Of a stretch of DNA of 64,000 bases, positions 1 through 12,329 are shown in pieces. Below the pieces are notes generated by a model. The model saw only the letters and a program-made list of their open reading frames with translations. It had not been told where the DNA came from and did not search any database. The DNA lies in contig MU054187.1 of NCBI GenBank assembly GCA_013239625.1, positions 3,855,757 through 3,919,756 of the forward strand, in the 5' to 3' direction. Numbering within the stretch: the first letter of the stretch is position 1; each line of letters begins with the position of its first letter. A program made the position numbers and the translations under genes. This DNA is from Lama guanicoe (lineage: Eukaryota).

Positions 1-13
1 GGAGAGGACTTAC

Positions 14-130
14 CTTTTAGCTGATGACCTTTCTTTCAGAAGCTCACTCTTGTGCGGAATGATTGGTCCCATCTGCACGTGATGTTGACATTTGGTGTGG
101 ATAAATAGGAGGCCTGGTAAAGATTATATC
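14..130 (-). other. Candidate spliced exon (117 nt), probably non-coding or 5' UTR
   Basis: Minus strand has acceptor ctttttatccgctccAG and donor AAG|GTAAGT. All three frames contain a stop; a late ATG gives MGPIIPHKSELLKERSSAK, which I do not recognise. Confidence 0.3.
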
Positions 131-1519
131 CTGGAGCGGATAAAAAGAGTGATAAGTTTTCTGTTTTGTTCCCCCCCTTTTTTTTTTTCCAGGGAGCTAT
201 TTTTCAACCAGAAGCCAAATATGGCTTTAATGCTAGAATCTGATTAATAATAAAACACCTGTGCATGTTTTTCTTATTTCCCCTTTGTTCTGCCCAAGAG
301 CATTAATATAGGCTTGTTTTAAAAGTAGGTGTGAAACAGAAATGCGTATGTCACTGGAAATCACACGCGTTTGAAGGGCTGTAATCCTCCCCTGGAAGAA
401 GTCTATCAGTTGAATCTATTTCATATTAGAGAAGCCATTTCTCTGGCTGGTTTTTGATAAGTTATGAATAATTTTCAAAATAAGGTGGTATTTTATTCTT
501 CTTGAAAAGGACAGCAAATGCATAGCTTTGCATTTCAAAGTATGACAGTATTATGACTCAGACAGACTTCATTCTTTTCTGAAAAAAAAAAAAAAACAAC
601 TTAGTTCCTTTTCTCTTTCCTAAACTGTTGTATTTGAAAGTTGGAGTTACTCTGACAATAACACAGTTAGAAATATTAAAGTTTTAGGAAATGTCACCTC
701 ATAGGTTACAGGGGAATTTGTACTTGTATCATTAGAACGGTGAGTCTGTGCTAACCTTGCTATAGGATGTTATTTATGATAACCGGATGTTGTAATTTTG
801 GAATGTGGTGGAATTGACTTTTCACAGCACTGCTGTTTTTGGCTGTCACACTAAGCAGCAGAGAGTCTGGAGGACACAGATACATGGTTGTGAGGTATGT
901 ACAGTGGGCCAGGTAACGTGTCCTCAAACACGCTGTTCTGAGTGGCTTCTCTCTTGGGTCCGAAGGATTTAACTGCACTTTCAGTGCATAAACAGAAGGA
1001 AATGCACAGAAAGAAACATCCCCAGAGAGAGCTTGCTTTAAGTTGTTCTAACTCGGGGCGACAGATACTGGAGCTTCTAAAAAGACGTATCTGGGCAGGA
1101 AACAGCCGATGCAAAGAGCTGGCGTATTTTCCCTTCTCATTCCGCTATCCGGAGACGCGACCTTCCTTGGCAGTCTGTCCTGGGAACGGCAGTGATTTCT
1201 TTATGATTCTGCTTCAGAGCCTTGGCTTGTGGGAGGAGGCGGCAGAAGGCAGGACGACTAGGAGCAGGAAGGAAGCAGCAACGTAGCACGCAGACATCGG
1301 GGTACCGCGAATTTCTCCGCGACTGTCTCCCATTCCTCAAGTCTCCTTCTCTTGGTGATCGGCCACGATAGCCCATCATTACTCTGAAACGCCTTCCTCT
1401 GAGGTTACCGGGGCTTCTTCGGAGCTCACCCACCTGTGCACACCAGGCCCTCCTCTCCTCTGCCGTCTGCTCCCGGAAGCCGCCTCCGCTGCCTGCCTCT
1501 GTGTGGGGCCCTCTAGGCG

Positions 1520-2260
1520 ACATCCTTGGTCATCTTGTCAAGCTCTGTTAGGACCTCTGCCAACCTGCATCGCTTCTGTTTTCTCCCAGGTCCCAGACCT
1601 AGGTTCTCAGTTGCTCACGAATTGCTTCCTCTGGGAGTTTGTACACATCAAGTTAACTTGTCCAAAATGTAGGGTATTTTCCCCTCCAGCTTAAAACGTA
1701 CCCGTCTTCTCTGTTCCCAGGCATGGCAGATGCCTGCCAGTCACCCGTTTTTTTGTAGAGTTCCCTTTGCCTACAACTTCCCAGTAATCACTGGGTCACC
1801 AAACCCTGTTGGTGCCGTGGCATCAGTCTCCTTCGCCCAGGATCCCATCATGGTCCCACTGCTGTCCTTCCGGCCTCTCAGCCCTCACTGCCGGGGCTGT
1901 CCTCTGCCACCCAGCACACACCCAGAGCTACCAGGTATTCCTCCCGAAAAGACATGCGGGTCCTTCACCCTGTTGTTTTTAAAGTCCTCAGCTGAGCCCC
2001 CAACCCAACCTTGTCGTGTGTGAAAGATGAGGTCCAAACTTAGAGTGCCACAGAGTCCTGGACATTTGACCTCACTTACCTCTCACCTGAGTTTGATTCA
2101 ACACATATGTATTGTGCCCTTGGTGTGGGCCATGCACAGGGAAAGTGAAGATGGATCAGATACTCCCAGGAGACTTGCAGTTCTGAGGTGAAGCAGTCAG
2201 ATAAGCCAGTGATTCAAAAATAATGAGTGAAACCCTGTGATGCAGGTAAGCACTCAGCAA
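1520..2260. mobile_element. Degenerate LINE-2 fragments in both orientations
   Basis: L2-like motifs: 'catcaagttaacttgtccaaaat', 'gatgaggtccaaact', and an opposite-strand 3' end 'gattcaacacatatgtattgtgccc'. Confidence 0.5.
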
Positions 2261-2356
2261 CCTTCTATTCCGGGGACGCCGAGCTCCTCACCGCCGCTGA
2301 AGCAGGCCGGGTCAGTCCTTCCTGGAATTTCCTCCCACCAGTTTGTTAGCGAATCA

Positions 2357-2580
2357 GGTTTGTGCACAGCAACTCCCCGGAGGTCAGATGGCTGGGAGTT
2401 CTAACCCTCTAATTGTGGTGTGGTCTCCCTGGTGTGGCAGCTTGCCATCAGGGGACCTGCCCGGAGTCACCTCATCAGCATAACAGAGGTATTCCTCTCA
2501 CTCAGGAAATGCCAAAGGTTTTAGAAATCTTGTGCCAAGAACCAGGGGAAAAAGACCAGATATGTTCTTTATTGCTCCAC
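2357..2580 (-). mobile_element. MER21-like LTR fragment
   Basis: 'gagtcacctcatcagcataaca...ctcaggaaatgccaaaggttttagaaatcttgtgccaagaaccaggggaaaaagacca' matches the reverse complement of the MER21 5' end as I recall it. Confidence 0.7.
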
Positions 2581-3139
2581 CCTCCTGAATTAAGTTACGT
2601 AGTAATTCCCTGAATAGAAGAGACAGAACGAAATTGGAGATGAGGAAACACAGCCTTCAGTCGACTAGTGGCCTGTGTAGTTAGTGTGGACATTGGTATA
2701 GAGGATTTAAAAAAAAGATGGTTTTAGCTACTAGCCTTTGGCACCACTTAGAAATGACACGGGCTTATCGTTTCAGAATGATTTAAGAAGATCGCCTCCG
2801 GGTTCAGGAACCAGGTCTGGTTGTTAAGACTTAAATTATCTGGCAGAGACGGAACCCGGAGGGTTACCCGTGGACGCGTGTGGGTGGGGCCCAGGGGGTG
2901 GGGGGAGGTGGTGATAGGCGTTCAGCTACTTAGGGGAGGAGCGGGATGAGGTTCACAGTCCCTGGCTCTCACTTTGGGGCTCTGCCAGCCAGAAGATACT
3001 GCCTCCATCAGTGGTGGCAGGTGGAGGCCCAGGCTCTTGGGGGGAGAATCCGGGGCCCCCCTGAGCACCAGGAGGGCTCCGTGAACAGGTGGCGGCTGCC
3101 CGGTGGGGCAGGGTGAGGTGGGGCAGGGCGGGTGGGCAC

Positions 3140-3285
3140 CAAGTCAGACTCCCTGCTTCCGTGCTGGCTTCGCTGCCTCAGAGCTGTGTGATCTTGTGTA
3201 AAAGGGGGAAAACAATAATAGCACACACCTCACAGTGTCACCGTAAGGATGTGCTGAGGAAATCCCTGTCAAGTGCCTGGAAGAG
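3140..3285 (+). mobile_element. MIR SINE relic
   Basis: Core-like 'gctgtgtgatcttg..tgtaaaaggggg..aataatagcacacacctcacag..gtaaggat'. Confidence 0.6.
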
Positions 3286-4449
3286 TGGCTGTTCCGCGCC
3301 GTGAGGACGAGTCAGGGAGCTTGATCTTTATGAGGCTAACTTGCTGAGGAGACTCTTAAAATTGCAGTAAACTTAAATTTCTCCTATGGAAATCCATCTC
3401 TACAATCCACATAGAAAATCTGGCAATTAAAAAACCAAAACTATGACTAGGAAATGAAAAGCTACTCAAAGTCCCACTTTCCAAAATAAGCAAACTTCAC
3501 GGCGAGGCATGTTTTTCTGGTCTTTGCTTCTGTGCGTTACTTTATGTTACATGGATGAAATACTTTTATTTTCTGATTTTTCCTTTTTCTTTACCAATGG
3601 AAGCTTTCTATTGCATTACAATCTTTGTGAGCCTTATTTTCGTGGCCATATGATGGCCCACTGAGTAGATTGAAGCATATTTTATCTGTAATAATATTAG
3701 TAATAATAACTATCATCACTCAAGTGCCACTTGAATGTCAGGCTCCAGGTATTTTACGGACTTCTCCCACAAATCTTTCAACAATCGCAAACATTTTGGC
3801 TCCAGCCCCACTTTAGAGGGGTCCTGAGGTTACACGGCCGTGCCGCCCAGAGCAGGGGCTGAACAGGGTCTGGCTCTGAACAGAGGGTCTGGTTCCGAAC
3901 TGGTTCCGGTTTTCACAGCTGGAACTAGCAAGCTGACATACATGTTTGCATTCAGTATTTTATGACTTTTTTTTTCTTTCCTAAGGGCAGTTTTGTCAAG
4001 TCTTCTCAAAACAGCAGTAATTATTATAGTCAGAGGAAAGGATGAAGCAACTCAAGGTCTGAAAAAGGGAGACGTGGAGAAAACTGGGGGTCAGTGGAAC
4101 CAGGGCCCCGGTTAGTGTTCTGTTCTTTACCTCTTGTCAGTTGCTCGTATTGTTACCTCTTTTCCTCAAGACATTTTCAGACCATAAATTTGCTGCAAGA
4201 CATCTTCAGGCCATAATGTCGATGTCCCAGAAAAATTTCTAGTGGAGAGTATTCCCCACTAGAGTGAGCTGGTTTTTCGCCCACATCAGTCAGCTGCGGG
4301 TGAAACAAGCAGACACAGTTCCAGGTGAGTCAACCTGGGAAACACGCACTGGGGACGAGAGAGACGGTGGCTGCTGGCCAACCGCCTGCAGCCTGGCTGC
4401 TGGCGTCCGAGCGAGTTAAAGCTGGATGGGCAATGAGGAGTCGACTGAC

Positions 4450-4521
4450 CTTTTGAGAAAGCACATCACTGGTGACTGTGACACGATACACAGATAATAC
4501 ACAAAGGCAGCTGCTCTTTGC
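4450..4521 (-). other. Candidate spliced exon (72 nt)
   Basis: Minus strand has a pure polypyrimidine tract cttccctttctctcttccttcAG and donor AAG|GTCAGT. No recognisable peptide. Confidence 0.3.
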
Positions 4522-7500
4522 CTGAAGGAAGAGAGAAAGGGAAGTCATAGACCGTTCTAGAGACATTTTTCTCATGAGAGGAAACAATTACGACGTTCCA
4601 TCTCCAGAATTGTGCTGTATTTCCTAAGCCATAGGCCTTTCATCGTACCGCTGCACAAGAGAAAAAAAGAGTAAGCTATGGATCTGTTGTTGAGTTAGGA
4701 ATTCAAAGAATCCATGTCAAAGAGAGTTAAATCTGAATACAGGAGCTGCAGGGAGAGAAGAAAAACTGCAGCTTAAAAATTCAGAAAGTGAACATTGCAC
4801 TGTCTGTGTATAATTAAAAATTTTACCAGTTAGAACACAATTACAGAAACAAATTGCACCTGAATCTTTTGTGTCCAATTATATGATTTAACACAGAAGA
4901 TTAGGGGGAAAAAAGCCACTGCTCATTGTTATCCATGCGTCAAGCATTAATCGCCTAGTGGTATTTTTAAGGGTCTTTTTTTATTGTTGCAGAGAAATAA
5001 TTAAGGCTATTGTAACTAACTTTCTCATGACTCAAAAACTCTGAGTAATGTGAGCACCTGCTGATAAATGAGACACAGGATAACGACAGTGTCTTTAAAA
5101 ATACTGCCAATTTAAAATAATTTGATGATCAGTAGAGAATGGAAGTGCTTAGGAAGAAGATTTCTGGAAACGTTGTGGGCAAAACTAAGTACAGTTCTAC
5201 AATGTACAGTTCTACTAAGTACAATGTTAAACTTTTGTTCACAGCTTTTTTGAAAGACCTTAATGACTCAAAGAGGCTAATTCATGATGATGCTGGTGGG
5301 TGTATAAATGAAAGTACTTATGTAATATTTAAGATAATGGTGCCTATTTCCATGGCTTTGATTGGAGGACCTTTATCCCCATGACAGCCATTCAGATAGA
5401 AGTGTACTGGCGGCATCAGAAACTCAAAGAACTGGCAAGACCTCCCCCTATTCCTGACTCCCCTCCAAAGCGGGTGTCATTTCTATGGCATTCCTGTAGT
5501 TCTCTCTGGTGGAAAAAAAATCCGGAGACATATTAATCTTGACCTAGGCTGAGGATATTGCCTTGTTTTGTCAACACGGTTGTTGAGGTGTTAAATCTGA
5601 TTTTTCTCAGAAGACAAGTTGAATCTAGGCTTTGCTCACAGTCAAACTGATGGGGGACAGAATACACCGGTTATGAGTTCTCTCATCATTTGACGTGTGG
5701 ACTGTCTTCGGAGGGAGCTGGAGGCCTCCTGGTGGCCGAGATGTTACTGAACAGAGTTACCGGGAAACAGAAGACTTGGATTCTGGTTTCAGCCCCGTAG
5801 CTCATCTGCTGAGGGACTTTGGGCATCAGCTGGCACTGCTTTAAGCCTTATTCCCCTGTCCTTAAAGAACACAGTCACGCCTGCTTTGGTGAATAACGCT
5901 TAAATGTGGGAGGCATCCTACTGTTTTGAAAAATGGTGTAGGTTGGGATCAAATATATGTTTTTTTTTTTAATATCGCCTGGTAATACCAGTCTTGTAAT
6001 TCCCTTCGGTGTACCCGTTGGTAGTGCTTTGCTGCAGGGTGGGATCTCTACAGGAGGTCTTTGAGGCACAAAGCCGTACATGTGGAGGGAGCTGCCTTAG
6101 CAGGAAGTGAACTCCCCACTGCGGGAGGCCAGGGACTGGGCGTCTGGGTGCTGCAGGCGGCTACGTCCCTCCTCCCTGCGACTCTGCCCTGACTTGCCCG
6201 GTACCTAAGGCAGAGTCAGTACGGAGCTGTTGAACGAACGCACCAGCACGGCCCTGATGTGTTCTTTGACGTGCCTGACTAGACGTCTGGAGACGCCAGG
6301 CCTCTCCAAGTCTCCCCAGTTTGCACCTGTTCCGCTGCAGTGGGCTCTGCTGAGCACGGACCTTGCCTTGGCCAGGCATTCTTTTAGTGTGCTTTGCTTT
6401 TCCTTTTATCTAGAGTTTGCTACTGGACAATGTGGGGATGCTTGCATTTGACTCTGCAGGTGGTCAAACACAGGTGGTTTCTATTCTTAACTCTCACTGG
6501 ACCTAGGACCAAGGATGTGTCATTGAAGCTGGCAGCATTTCAGCCTTCTCATCTGCACTATAGAGATGTCCCAAGTGCTCCCTACATTTGGAACTTCTAG
6601 TTCTAACATCTTGTCACTGTTAAGAAATTCCCCTCAATCATTCCTGTCCCATCACAGTGTTCCATTACTGAAGCTCGATGACCTTGAGACAAATGGCCGT
6701 GTTTCCTTTTTGCTTTAACAATGACTAATGATTTTATGGCTTTTTAAAAATTTTTTTAGTAGAAAGCTTGAAGGAAGTATCATGGGGATGATATTTTGGG
6801 TTTTCTCTTACCTGCAAGCTGGTTTTCTCACTCTATGCCATCAGTCATTACGGTCCCAGGAGAGAGGACAGGGCAGATGCTCCTCTGGGATGGAGATATT
6901 ATGACACAGAGTAGGTGTCTTCCTGGGAGGGGGAAGGCAGGCAGCCTCTGAGCCTTTGTGTGCTGCATTCATCCCACACTGAGTCCACACTTTAGAAACA
7001 GGACGTGATGTTAGACGGATGTGAGCAAAGCTGAAAGCAAGCAGACTTGCCCTGTTTACCTGCTGGGATCTGGGGGTGTCCAAGAGGCATCCTGCAGCCA
7101 CATCAGAGTAAGGAAGGTGGCAGTGGGGCATGCTTAGGCAGAGGCGTCTAATCTTAGTGACCGTGGGCCTGTTTTGACCTTGGGTGGCCTGGAAGGGTCT
7201 CAGAGTTCTCATGTACCCAGGGGAGAGACAGGGTGGCTGATATCGGAACCAACAGGTGAGCAGCCAGGGGGCTCGCACAGAGGGTGTCATGACCCCATTG
7301 TCGAGGGCTGCAGGACAGATGGAATGGGACACCCAGTGTCCGTGGGAACCAGAGTACGGTCATGTCAGCAGCTGAGAAGGATGTCAGGTTGATAAAGAGA
7401 GAGCCCAACCTTGAGATGCCCAGGTGGGGATTCAGGAGCAGACATGTGAGCATTTACCAGAACCCTGGATTTCCTCTCCACTCCCGTGGAGGCCAGCAAG

Positions 7501-8174
7501 GGCCCAGACAGCAGATCCAGCACCTGCTGATTCCCAAACCTCAAGCCTGTGCTCCCTCACCCCCACAGGGCCCTGGGAAGCCCATGCATCTCCTCTGCCA
7601 GGTGCTGTTGTGGCAGGACAAGTGTGGGGAGGAAGGAGGTCACTGGAAACCTTGAGGCACTGCTATTGTGTGAACTGGCAAGTTCAGCCCATTGAGGGGA
7701 AGCCAGCCTGTCCTCGCCTGTCCTCGCCTGTCCCACCCAACCCATGCCTGGGTCTTCCTCCATCTGCCCAGCAGGCGGTCAGAGCCCCGGTGGGGTCAGG
7801 AGGGGAGGGAATCACCGTGCTTCCTGGGGTCAGCCATGTGCAGAGCGGCTGGGGGCCGGCTTTGAAGACAGGTGACCGTACGTGGTCCCCATCTCAGGTC
7901 TGTTAAGGCCCTGTCTGAGCAGTTGTTTCCTGTTACAGTTGCACAAAAAGAGAGAGCGGTAGCTCTCATGCAGACTGTTCTCTGTTTTAGATATGCAGAC
8001 GATCACTAAAATGCACACACATTTTCTCCAGTGGACGTGGTAAAGGGTGGCAGCACGCTTTGTGCTCTGCTAAGGAACTGATCTGGTAACAACAGGAAAC
8101 TTGTCTGATGAATTTCATTCCCAAATCTCTTAGAATTGAGATGAATTTGTTTCAAAAAAAATTCTAAAACATAA

Positions 8175-8326
8175 GCGGGGGGGGGGGGGGAGGGTATAGC
8201 TCACAGGTAGAGCATATGCTTAGCACGCACCGGGTCAAGGGTTCGATCCCCAGCACCTCCATGAAATAAATAGTAATAATAAATAAACCCAATTACCTCC
8301 CCCCATAAAACAAAATAAAACAAAAC
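8175..8326 (+). mobile_element. tRNA-derived SINE, camelid vic-1-like, full length with TSD
   Basis: G-run head, A-box 'tagctcacaggtagagc', B-box 'ggttcgatccc', 'aataaacccaattacctcccc' and an A-rich tail. Flanked by the 13-bp direct repeat ttctaaaacataa (8162-8174 and 8327-8339). Confidence 0.9.
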
Positions 8327-8449
8327 TTCTAAAACATAATTAATGAAACAGAAAGTGTCTTTTTGGTCCCTGTCACAAGTGCTATGCCAGGAAATAGACT
8401 TGGTGATCTCGAGCCAAGACAAGACCCTTTACAGCGGAGAAGGGGTGGG

Positions 8450-9350
8450 GGCGCCGTCAGGGCAAGAGAGACGTGAGGAGGGAAGGAAATGCAGCTGTTG
8501 AAATTCCCCTGATCGGACCACGTCCTTGGCGGAGCCTAGTGTTCTCATGAGAGAAGGAATCACGGTCGCGCTCTCCTCCCCGCGAGGCAAAGCGGACGCC
8601 GCCGCTGTGCCGAGACGCCCCGCGTCCCCGCAGCCGCGACTCCCGCGGCCGGACCACCGGGCAAGGCCCCGCTCAGACAGGAAGACGGGAAGAAAGCGCC
8701 CAGGAAGCTCAGCGGGAGGTCGTGTTGCGTGGCCGGGACCGCGGTGGTTCTGGGGGGAACCTGCCTGGCGGAGGGGGCGGTAGCCGCGCGCGCCCCGCGG
8801 CGCCCCGCTCGCGGTGATGCGAGGCCCCCCCCCGCCCCAGGCTCCTGCCTCCCTTGAGCGGGGCTGTGGCGCCCCCAGGCCGCGGGACCTGCAGGGGGAG
8901 GAGCCAGGCCCGAGGCGCCCGGTGCGCGCCGCCGCCCGCCGCCCGCCGCCAGGAGGTGGCCCTTACACCCGGAGCGAAAATGGGCCTGCCCCGTGCGACT
9001 TCCTGGGGCCACCAGTGGCCACCGGAGTAGCCTCAGGCTGTTCAGCCTCCAGTGCAGGATTTCAGCTGAGAGATGAGAACACACAGGAGACGGGGCAGCT
9101 CTGCCGAGAAACAGCCCAAGCGCAGCCCAGGCCTGGGGAGGGTGATGCGGGGGCATGAGGGGCGGAGGGAAGGCGGCCCATGGGGTCCCCGGTCTCCCGG
9201 GAAGGTGGCGGTGCAGGTGCTCCGTTAGAAAGTGGCTTCGAGAGCGCCAGCATGCTCCGTGTCATGTCCCTCGCGGTCTTCAGCAGGGCGCCGGCGTGGG
9301 GCCGTCCCTGTGCCCTGCGGCCGCTGGGTGGGGAGGCAGTGCAGCGGGTT
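8450..9350. promoter_or_regulatory. CpG island, candidate promoter or enhancer
   Basis: Very high GC and CpG density, GC boxes (gggggcgg, ccccgcccc), CTCF-like CCAGGAGGTGGC at 8949-8960, and an inverted CCAAT (gattggtt) just beyond at ~9367. Confidence 0.75.
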
Positions 9351-9952
9351 AACCAAGGGTTGGTTTGATTGGTTCACTTGAGGATTATTCTGCATGTTTT
9401 CCCGAATGTGCCAAGTGTTCCTCCAGTGCTGCCCACCCTGTGTGTTTAGAAATAAGAGCCCACCATGCCGAGCAGGTGAGCTGCTGTCAGCCACGGAGCA
9501 GTGACACCTGTGGTCCCCATGCTTTGATGAAACATCTGCCCACCCTCTCAGCGCCCCCACCCCCGCCCCGTGCCGTGCGTCTCCTGTACCCAGCATCTCC
9601 AAGGAGCTGCTTCTCTCCTCTGGAAAAATGCCCTCATTCTCTGTCTAGACTGTGTGTCTAGACAGAGACCAGATTCCCCAGGAAGCCTTCGTGGACGATG
9701 CCAGCCAGTGATAACTTTTCCTCCTTCGCATTGTCTGTTCATTCTGTGCCGTTTTACCACGAACTTGCCTTTATCGTGGTTATCAGAAACAACGCTTACC
9801 TCATTTCCATTTTTCTATCTGACATGCAAGCCGTGTGCCTTACATTTTCTCAGATGCTCCTAGGCCAGACCAGCATATGGAAGGGGCTCAAGTACTGGCT
9901 GGTTTGTAAAATGATCCTTCTGAGATTCTGGAAGAGCATGGCGCACACGCAA

Positions 9953-9965
9953 TGTGTGTGGGGGT

Positions 9966-10002
<37 letters not shown>
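9953..10002. repeat. (GT)n microsatellite
   Basis: Directly visible GT run with a short interruption near its start. Confidence 0.95.
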
Positions 10003-10004
<2 letters not shown>

Positions 10005-10959
10005 TGGACAGCTACTTCCTGCTCAGGAAGTAGGTTAGACAACTGTGGGTTTAAACAAATCTCCTGGACTGCCTACTGCCTTGCTGCCTTTGACACGTGC
10101 TGCCCTGGCCTGGAGTGGCTTGTTTCATGTGCCTTTTTCTTTCCCTGCCAGCCTGTCGGTAGAGGACAGGAGCTTTCTCTAATTAATCTCTGCTCCCCAG
10201 GAGCCAGCACAAAGCCAGCGCAAGAGTATTTACCAGGTAAACCCTGATCAGAATGGAATGAATTTGTTTGCAGGAGACGGCTTTCCCTCCCGGCCCCATC
10301 ATCCTACCCTGCCTCATAACGATAAATAGGAATCCCTCCCTTTTTGGAGTTTTAGGGGAAAGTAGCTCCTTCTTTTCCTTGCCCCGCATTGACCATCCCC
10401 AAGGGTGGGGCAAGTCGTCCCACTGTGAGACTGGGAGAAGGAGCTGGAATGGGGAGGGTCCCACCTTCAGGGAACAGCTTGTCCTGGGTCACACACCCCA
10501 GGGAGAGGCCAGCCATGGTCCAGCTCTGTCTGTGACGGAGCTGGGGCTGTAATTCCAGGGAGGGGTGTGGAGGCTCTGTTACGTCCTAGGTGCAAACTGC
10601 ATTTTCCAGTAATGCCTCATTCGTGCCAGACCTGCTATGTCCACCTCCATCCATCTGCCTCTGAGTCTGTCTCAGCTGGTTCTGAACTTTGAGCAGGAGA
10701 AGGAACTGTTATGCCATCATTCTCAACGTCTTCCTGGGTGGAAAGAGGTAACGTCTTGAAAAGTGAGTCAGTTCTGTTTCCTGCATCCCCGTGTGTCCCC
10801 CTCCCCAGGTGGGCTGAGGCTCTCACGGCAGCTGGGGGAGACTCGGGGTGCAGGGTCACGGCTGAACTGCTCCAGGTCCGGTGCCTCCGGTCCTCAGAGA
10901 GAAGAAGAAAGCAGCTCACTGCCCCGAGCATCCCTCTTTGCCTGGGCTGCTCTCCTGTT

Positions 10960-11881
10960 TCTCAGAGGCTGTACATTTGCAAGGGGTTAAGTAACCAGCG
11001 TGAGAATTTGGGTGAGGGTGGCTTAGGGAGAGCTCACTGTGAACTTGGAAATGCAGGTCTCCAGAGGTTTGGGAGGAGAGCTTATGTATCAGGCATGCCT
11101 TTTCCCCTGTATTTCCGTGCTTGGCCATCTTGAGGCCTTGTGGGCTGGAGGAACCGCCTCTCCCAGGCGTAGCTATCCACAGAGATTACAAATCACTCCC
11201 TGCGAGATCTTCTGATGCAGACCACCAATCCAGAGCCCACACTCCCACCTCCTCCTCTCCTGCGCACGGGGCAACTGTCTCCCTGCCCTAGTCACCCAGG
11301 ACCAGGTATCGGACAGCTAAGAACACCTCTATGCTTTAGAGCCACTGAAATGATTTAAAATAGCCAACCCCAAGCCAAAGCCTGCTCCCTCTGCCGCATC
11401 TGTCTCTTCCTGCGGAGACCGCAGCAAGGCTCCTGCCCCCGGTCTCCCCTCGCTCGCTCTGCTTCCTGCTGCTCCTCGTCCTCCCTGTGTGGCCTCCCCG
11501 GGGTAAACCTCCCTTGATCCTGGTGTATGAGTCCTTTTAATATATTGTTGAAACTTTTGCATTTACGTTTATGAGTGATATTGGCCTGTAATTTTTCTTT
11601 TCTGGTGGTACGTTTGTCTGGTTTCGGAATCAGGGTGATGGTGGCCTCATAGAACAAGTTCAGAAGCGTTCCTCCCTCTGCAGTTTTTTGGAATAGTTTC
11701 AGAAGGATAGGTGTTCACTCTTCTCTTCGTGTTTGGTAGAACTCCCCAGTGAAACCATCTGGCACGGCGAGCCCCCCTCGTGGGGTCTGTGAGAACAACA
11801 AACTGTCTTTTTAATGGCAGTCATCCCCTGATCTGTTGGCCTTGCTCTACCTAAGTAGTAACAAACCTATATTTTAGAACA
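10960..11881 (+). mobile_element. ERVL-class LTR (MER74/MER73-like), interrupted by an L1 fragment
   Basis: 'ccatcttgaggccttg..ctggaggaaccgcctctcccaggcgtagcta..agagatt', 'ccctgtgtggcc', and after the insert 'ctgtgagaacaacaaactgtcttttt..ctgatctgttggcc..ttagaaca'. Confidence 0.6.
11495..11762 (-). mobile_element. Internal LINE-1 ORF2 fragment (start of the RT region), degenerate
   Basis: Minus-strand translation gives DGFTGEFYQT..PILLKLFQK..FYEATITLIPKPDK, which are hallmark L1 ORF2 motifs. Stops and deletions are present. Confidence 0.92.
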
Positions 11882-11939
11882 GTTCAGAGTTACTGAACCA
11901 GGAGGAAAGCTGAGGAGGGAGGAAGGCTCTGGGAGCCTC

Positions 11940-12075
11940 ACTTCATGCCAAGCACAGCCGTGGCTAGTCCCGTCAATCTTCACCCAGCTTCTACTGTTAA
12001 TACCACCACTTTGCAAATGAGGAAAAGGGCTTGGGTCAGAGAAGGTAAATATCCTTTCCAAGGTGACACATTGGG
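11940..12075 (-). mobile_element. MIR SINE relic
   Basis: 'ccactttgcaaatgaggaaa..ggtcagagaaggtaaatatcctttccaaggtgacaca'. Confidence 0.65.
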
Positions 12076-12329
12076 ACGAGGAGGCAGAGAAGCTGCTACA
12101 CATTTTCTGAAAGGAAGGAGGATGGTGGGGATGGCTGTGGGCTGACTTCAAAGCAAAGAGTTTTGTGTTTATGAGAAGGACTGGAAGTCGCTGTAGCATC
12201 TCCAAGCTTTTGCTGCAGATAAGCTGCCCAGCTGTTGCACGTGGAGGAACTTGGCCCGCGGGTATTTTAATAAACGGTAAGAAAACTGATGGATTGGCTG
12301 GACTCCCACCGAAAGTCTGCTGCTTTATC

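Noticed and set aside
4171..4324. Plus-strand exon-like segments (also ~37903-37991)
   Set aside because: Splice-like signals are present, but all frames have stops and there is no supporting exon chain.
5184..5227. Short direct repeats (gtacagttcta x2; also gcctgtcctc repeats at ~7706-7733 and ~3857-3910)
   Set aside because: These are local slippage duplications of 2-3 units with no spacer architecture; not CRISPR-like, and the DNA is eukaryotic.
8190..8262. tRNA-like sequence (also at ~27955-28025)
   Set aside because: It is a SINE head: followed by SINE body and A-rich tail with TSD, and lacks a proper acceptor stem.
8457..9368. Overlapping GC-rich ORFs of up to 198 aa
   Set aside because: Low-complexity Pro/Arg/Gly/Ala frames on both strands are expected in a CpG island; no recognisable domain.
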